A stretch of DNA of 64,000 nucleotides from contig CAXBCH010000014.1 of NCBI GenBank assembly GCA_963974125.1, forward strand, positions 32,018 to 96,017, in the 5' to 3' direction. This document shows, in pieces, positions 61,394-64,000 of the stretch. How positions within the stretch are numbered: position 1 is the first letter of the stretch; each line of letters opens with the position of its first letter. The notes beneath the pieces were generated by a model, which saw nothing but the letters and a program-made list of their open reading frames with translations, searched no databases and had not been told where the DNA came from. The position numbers and the translations under genes were made by a program. This DNA comes from an uncultured Haliea sp. (GTDB lineage: Bacteria; Pseudomonadota; Gammaproteobacteria; Pseudomonadales; Halieaceae).

Positions 61394-62193
61394 CGCGGCG
61401 CCGGTTGCGCGGCGGCAGTGACTGCTGCCGCAAGTTCCGGCGGCAGCGCCTGGCGGAACACCGAGACCGGCACGTAGCGACTGTAGTCCACGCTGTTGCC
61501 CTCGGAGATCACACCGCTGAGCAGCGGAGTGCCAGCCTCGGTGAGTTGAATCACCGCGCCCCCGGACGCGCCCTTGTAGGCGCGGCAATCACTGTCGCCG
61601 CTGACACTGTCAGCCGCCGTGATCCGGCAGGCCGGATCATAGCTGAGATCCTTGCCGGAGGACCCGGTGCCCGCATCCCTTGAATAGCCCGCCATCACCA
61701 CCGGCAAGGCCGGGTCGGCCTGTTGCGGGTGCAGGTACAGCGCGGGCACCTCTGCAATCGCGACCGGCTGCCGCAGTCGCAGCACGGCCCAGTCCGCTGC
61801 CATGCTGCCGCCATCGGCGTAGCGCACCGCTTCTATTTCCCGCGGCGCCTGGCTGGCGGGCAGCAGGGTAAAGGTGATCCGCTGGCTCAGGTCCCGGTAG
61901 AACTCCAGACAATGCCAGGCCGAGACGATTACCCTGGCATGGGCGTCACCCGGTGCCGCAACCAGCGTGGCGCTGCAGCGCTCGGTGTGGTGCCGCGCAT
62001 AGCCATTCTCCAGCCTCATGCTGGGTACAGTGAGCTGGCCAACGGCACGCAACCAGTCCGGTGATGTCTGCGAGTAGCGCAGTCGGGAATCCTCGCTCGC
62101 CGCGGTAGCGGTGGCCAGGAGCAATAACAGCAGTGCCTGGGGCAGATGGTAGTGCAGGGCAATTTCTCCAGGGTGGCCTAATATATTGGTCAA
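61390..62193 (-). CDS. Secreted trypsin-like serine protease
   Basis: Catalytic triad SAWHC, ADWAVL and GASGG; hydrophobic leader; start uncertain. Confidence 0.75.
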   Translation of the reverse strand: MTNILGHPGEIALHYHLPQALLLLLLATATAASEDSRLRYSQTSPDWLRAVGQLTVPSMRLENGYARHHTERCSATLVAAPGDAHARVIVSAWHCLEFYRDLSQRITFTLLPASQAPREIEAVRYADGGSMAADWAVLRLRQPVAIAEVPALYLHPQQADPALPVVMAGYSRDAGTGSSGKDLSYDPACRITAADSVSGDSDCRAYKGASGGAVIQLTEAGTPLLSGVISEGNSVDYSRYVPVSVFRQALPPELAAAVTAAAQPAPR

Positions 62194-62279
62194 TGGCTTT
62201 CGGCCCGGGCTTGGCGCCCGCCACTGGGGCCAGTAGCATGGTGGAATATAGCAGCCGAAGTAGCAAGTGGGAGAGCCGG

Positions 62280-63143
62280 ATGGGGCAGGGCAGGGATTGT
62301 ATCGCGGTAGTGACCGGCGCCAGTCGCGGTGCCGGCAAGGGTATCGCCAGGGCGCTCGCGGCTGCAGGCGCGACCGTGTACATCACTGGTCGCAGCTGGC
62401 AAGCGGGTGAGGCCGCGCTGCCCGGCTCCCTCACCGAAACGGCGGAGGAGATTGCCGCGGCGGGCGGTGTGGCGGTTCCCGTCCGCTGCGACCACAGCCG
62501 TGACGAAGAAGTGGAGGCGCTGTTTGCCCGGGTACGCAAGGATCACGGACGGCTCGATATCCTGGTCAACAATGCCACCAGCCTGCACGAGGCGCTCACC
62601 GCCACCGGGCCGTTCTGGGAGAAGCCCCTGGACCTGACCACGATCTGGGATGTGGGCATGCGTTCCCACTATACGGCCAGCTGGTACGCGGCGCCGCTGC
62701 TGCTGGCCAACGGCGAGGGGCTGGTGGTGAATACATCCTCCTTCGGCGGCCGCATCTACATGCACGGCCCCGCCTATGGCGCCGGCAAGGCCGCGGTCGA
62801 CAAGATGGCGCACGATATGGCGGTCGACTTCCGGCCCCACAATGTCGCGGTCATCTCGCTGTGGATGGGCCTGCTGCTCACCGAGCGCACCCGGCAGGTG
62901 TTCGACGCAGAGCCCGACAAGTATGCGGACCTGATCGCCACGGCGGAGCACCCCGAGTTCAGTGGCCGGGTGATTGCGGCCCTGTGGGCGGATGCCGGCC
63001 GCATGGTGCACAGCGGCACCGTCTGTATTGGCGCCGAACTCGGCGAGGCCTACGGTGTCACCGATATTACCGGTGGCCAGCCGCCCTCGCACCGTGCTTT
63101 CTTTGGCCCGCCCACCACCTTTGGCGACGCGGTGGTCGAGTAG
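62280..63143 (+). CDS. SDR oxidoreductase (DHRS1-like)
   Basis: TGASRGAGKG, LVNNA and YGAGKAAVD. Confidence 0.85.
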   Translation: MGQGRDCIAVVTGASRGAGKGIARALAAAGATVYITGRSWQAGEAALPGSLTETAEEIAAAGGVAVPVRCDHSRDEEVEALFARVRKDHGRLDILVNNATSLHEALTATGPFWEKPLDLTTIWDVGMRSHYTASWYAAPLLLANGEGLVVNTSSFGGRIYMHGPAYGAGKAAVDKMAHDMAVDFRPHNVAVISLWMGLLLTERTRQVFDAEPDKYADLIATAEHPEFSGRVIAALWADAGRMVHSGTVCIGAELGEAYGVTDITGGQPPSHRAFFGPPTTFGDAVVE

Positions 63144-63236
63144 AGCAATACCTCATATGGAGGATGATTGTCCACGCCCGGCGACGTTTAATGGTGTCGC
63201 TGAGAGAACAGCAATAACATTGAGCAGGAGTTTTTC

Positions 63237-64000
63237 ATGACGGCGCAGCAGGCAATGCAATCCACGGTAGGCGACACTTCCTACAGTCTTGGGTCCCCAC
63301 GGGCAGAAGAGCTGCTGGCCGCGGCCCGGGCCATGGGTCCCGCGCTGCGCGAGCGCGCCGCGCAGTGCCAGGCCGAGAGGAAGGTGCCGGCGGAGACGAT
63401 AGCCGACTTCCAGGCGGCGGGTTTTTTCAAGGTGCTGCAGCCCGAGCAGTGGGGGGGCTACGCCATGGACCCGCAGGTGTTCTACACGCTCGGCCTGGAG
63501 GTTGCCAAACACTGTACCTCCAGTGCCTGGGTGCTCGGTGTGGTCGCCGTGCACAACTGGCAGCTGGCGCTTTTCGATGATCAGGCGGCGAAGGATGTCT
63601 GGGGTGACGATCCCTCCGTGCTGATTTCCTCCTCCTACGCCCCGGTGGGCAAGGTGACGCCGGTGGAGGGTGGTTTCCGCCTGAGCGGCCGCTGGAGCTT
63701 CTCCTCGGGCTCCGAGCACTGTGAATGGGCATTCCTGGGTGCCGTGGTGCCCACAGCGGAGGCGCCCTTCGACATGGCCAACTACCGCACCTTCCTGGTG
63801 CCGATCAGCGATTACAGGATTGTCGACAATTGGGACGTGGTGGGGCTGCAGGGCACCGGCAGTCACGACATCGTGGTGGAAGATGCTTTCGTGCCTGGGC
63901 ACCGCACCCACAGGGTCATGGATGCGTTCTTCTGTGAAAACCCCGGCAACAGGGTCAACGATGCGCCGCTCTTCAAGCTGCCCTTCATGCAGGTGTTCGT
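63237..64000 (+). CDS. Flavin-dependent monooxygenase oxygenase subunit (HsaA-like), partial
   Basis: LQPEQWGG, VHNWQLALFD, ISSSYAP, WSFSSGSEH and GLQGTGSHD; ATG after AGGAG; open to the window end. Confidence 0.85.
   Translation, partial: MTAQQAMQSTVGDTSYSLGSPRAEELLAAARAMGPALRERAAQCQAERKVPAETIADFQAAGFFKVLQPEQWGGYAMDPQVFYTLGLEVAKHCTSSAWVLGVVAVHNWQLALFDDQAAKDVWGDDPSVLISSSYAPVGKVTPVEGGFRLSGRWSFSSGSEHCEWAFLGAVVPTAEAPFDMANYRTFLVPISDYRIVDNWDVVGLQGTGSHDIVVEDAFVPGHRTHRVMDAFFCENPGNRVNDAPLFKLPFMQVF

Overview
This is a high-GC gammaproteobacterial chromosome segment, probably Halieaceae/Cellvibrionales (inferred from gene content and synteny). It holds about 55 genes. I saw no rRNA, tRNA, CRISPR array or IS/phage genes. 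Housekeeping blocks are pepA-holC-valS divergent from lptF-lptG, rapA, tatD, fpr-finR and bolA-trhO. Lipid/acyl-CoA catabolic and storage genes include two acyl-CoA synthetases, a thioesterase, an ACAD-SDR-racemase-ECH-ECH-carboxyltransferase-SDR operon, a patatin lipase, a WS/DGAT and an HsaA-like monooxygenase. The most notable observations are: (1) an envelope-signalling module at 3.9-12.5 kb, with a secreted UrcA-family gene, an intergenic region carrying 11-bp-phased TGAT repeats, two tandem CadC/ToxR-like wHTH-TM-TolB-like-TPR regulators with near-identical DNA-binding heads but divergent sensors, and a Cys-rich TonB-dependent receptor; (2) an unannotated ~95-nt sRNA candidate with promoter and GNRA-loop terminator, divergent from a LysR gene (OxyR/OxyS-like layout); (3) a catalytically degenerate GGDEF protein that keeps its I-site and abuts an AraC gene; (4) a sigmaE/ChrR-type promoter ahead of a DCC + flavin reductase pair; (5) a membrane-anchored cold-shock protein coupled to a methyltransferase; (6) PepA with a histone-like KAAPR tail, plus a second M17 peptidase with a signal peptide; (7) a frameshifted stand-alone carboxyltransferase. 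All assignments come from motif recognition only; no database searches were run.
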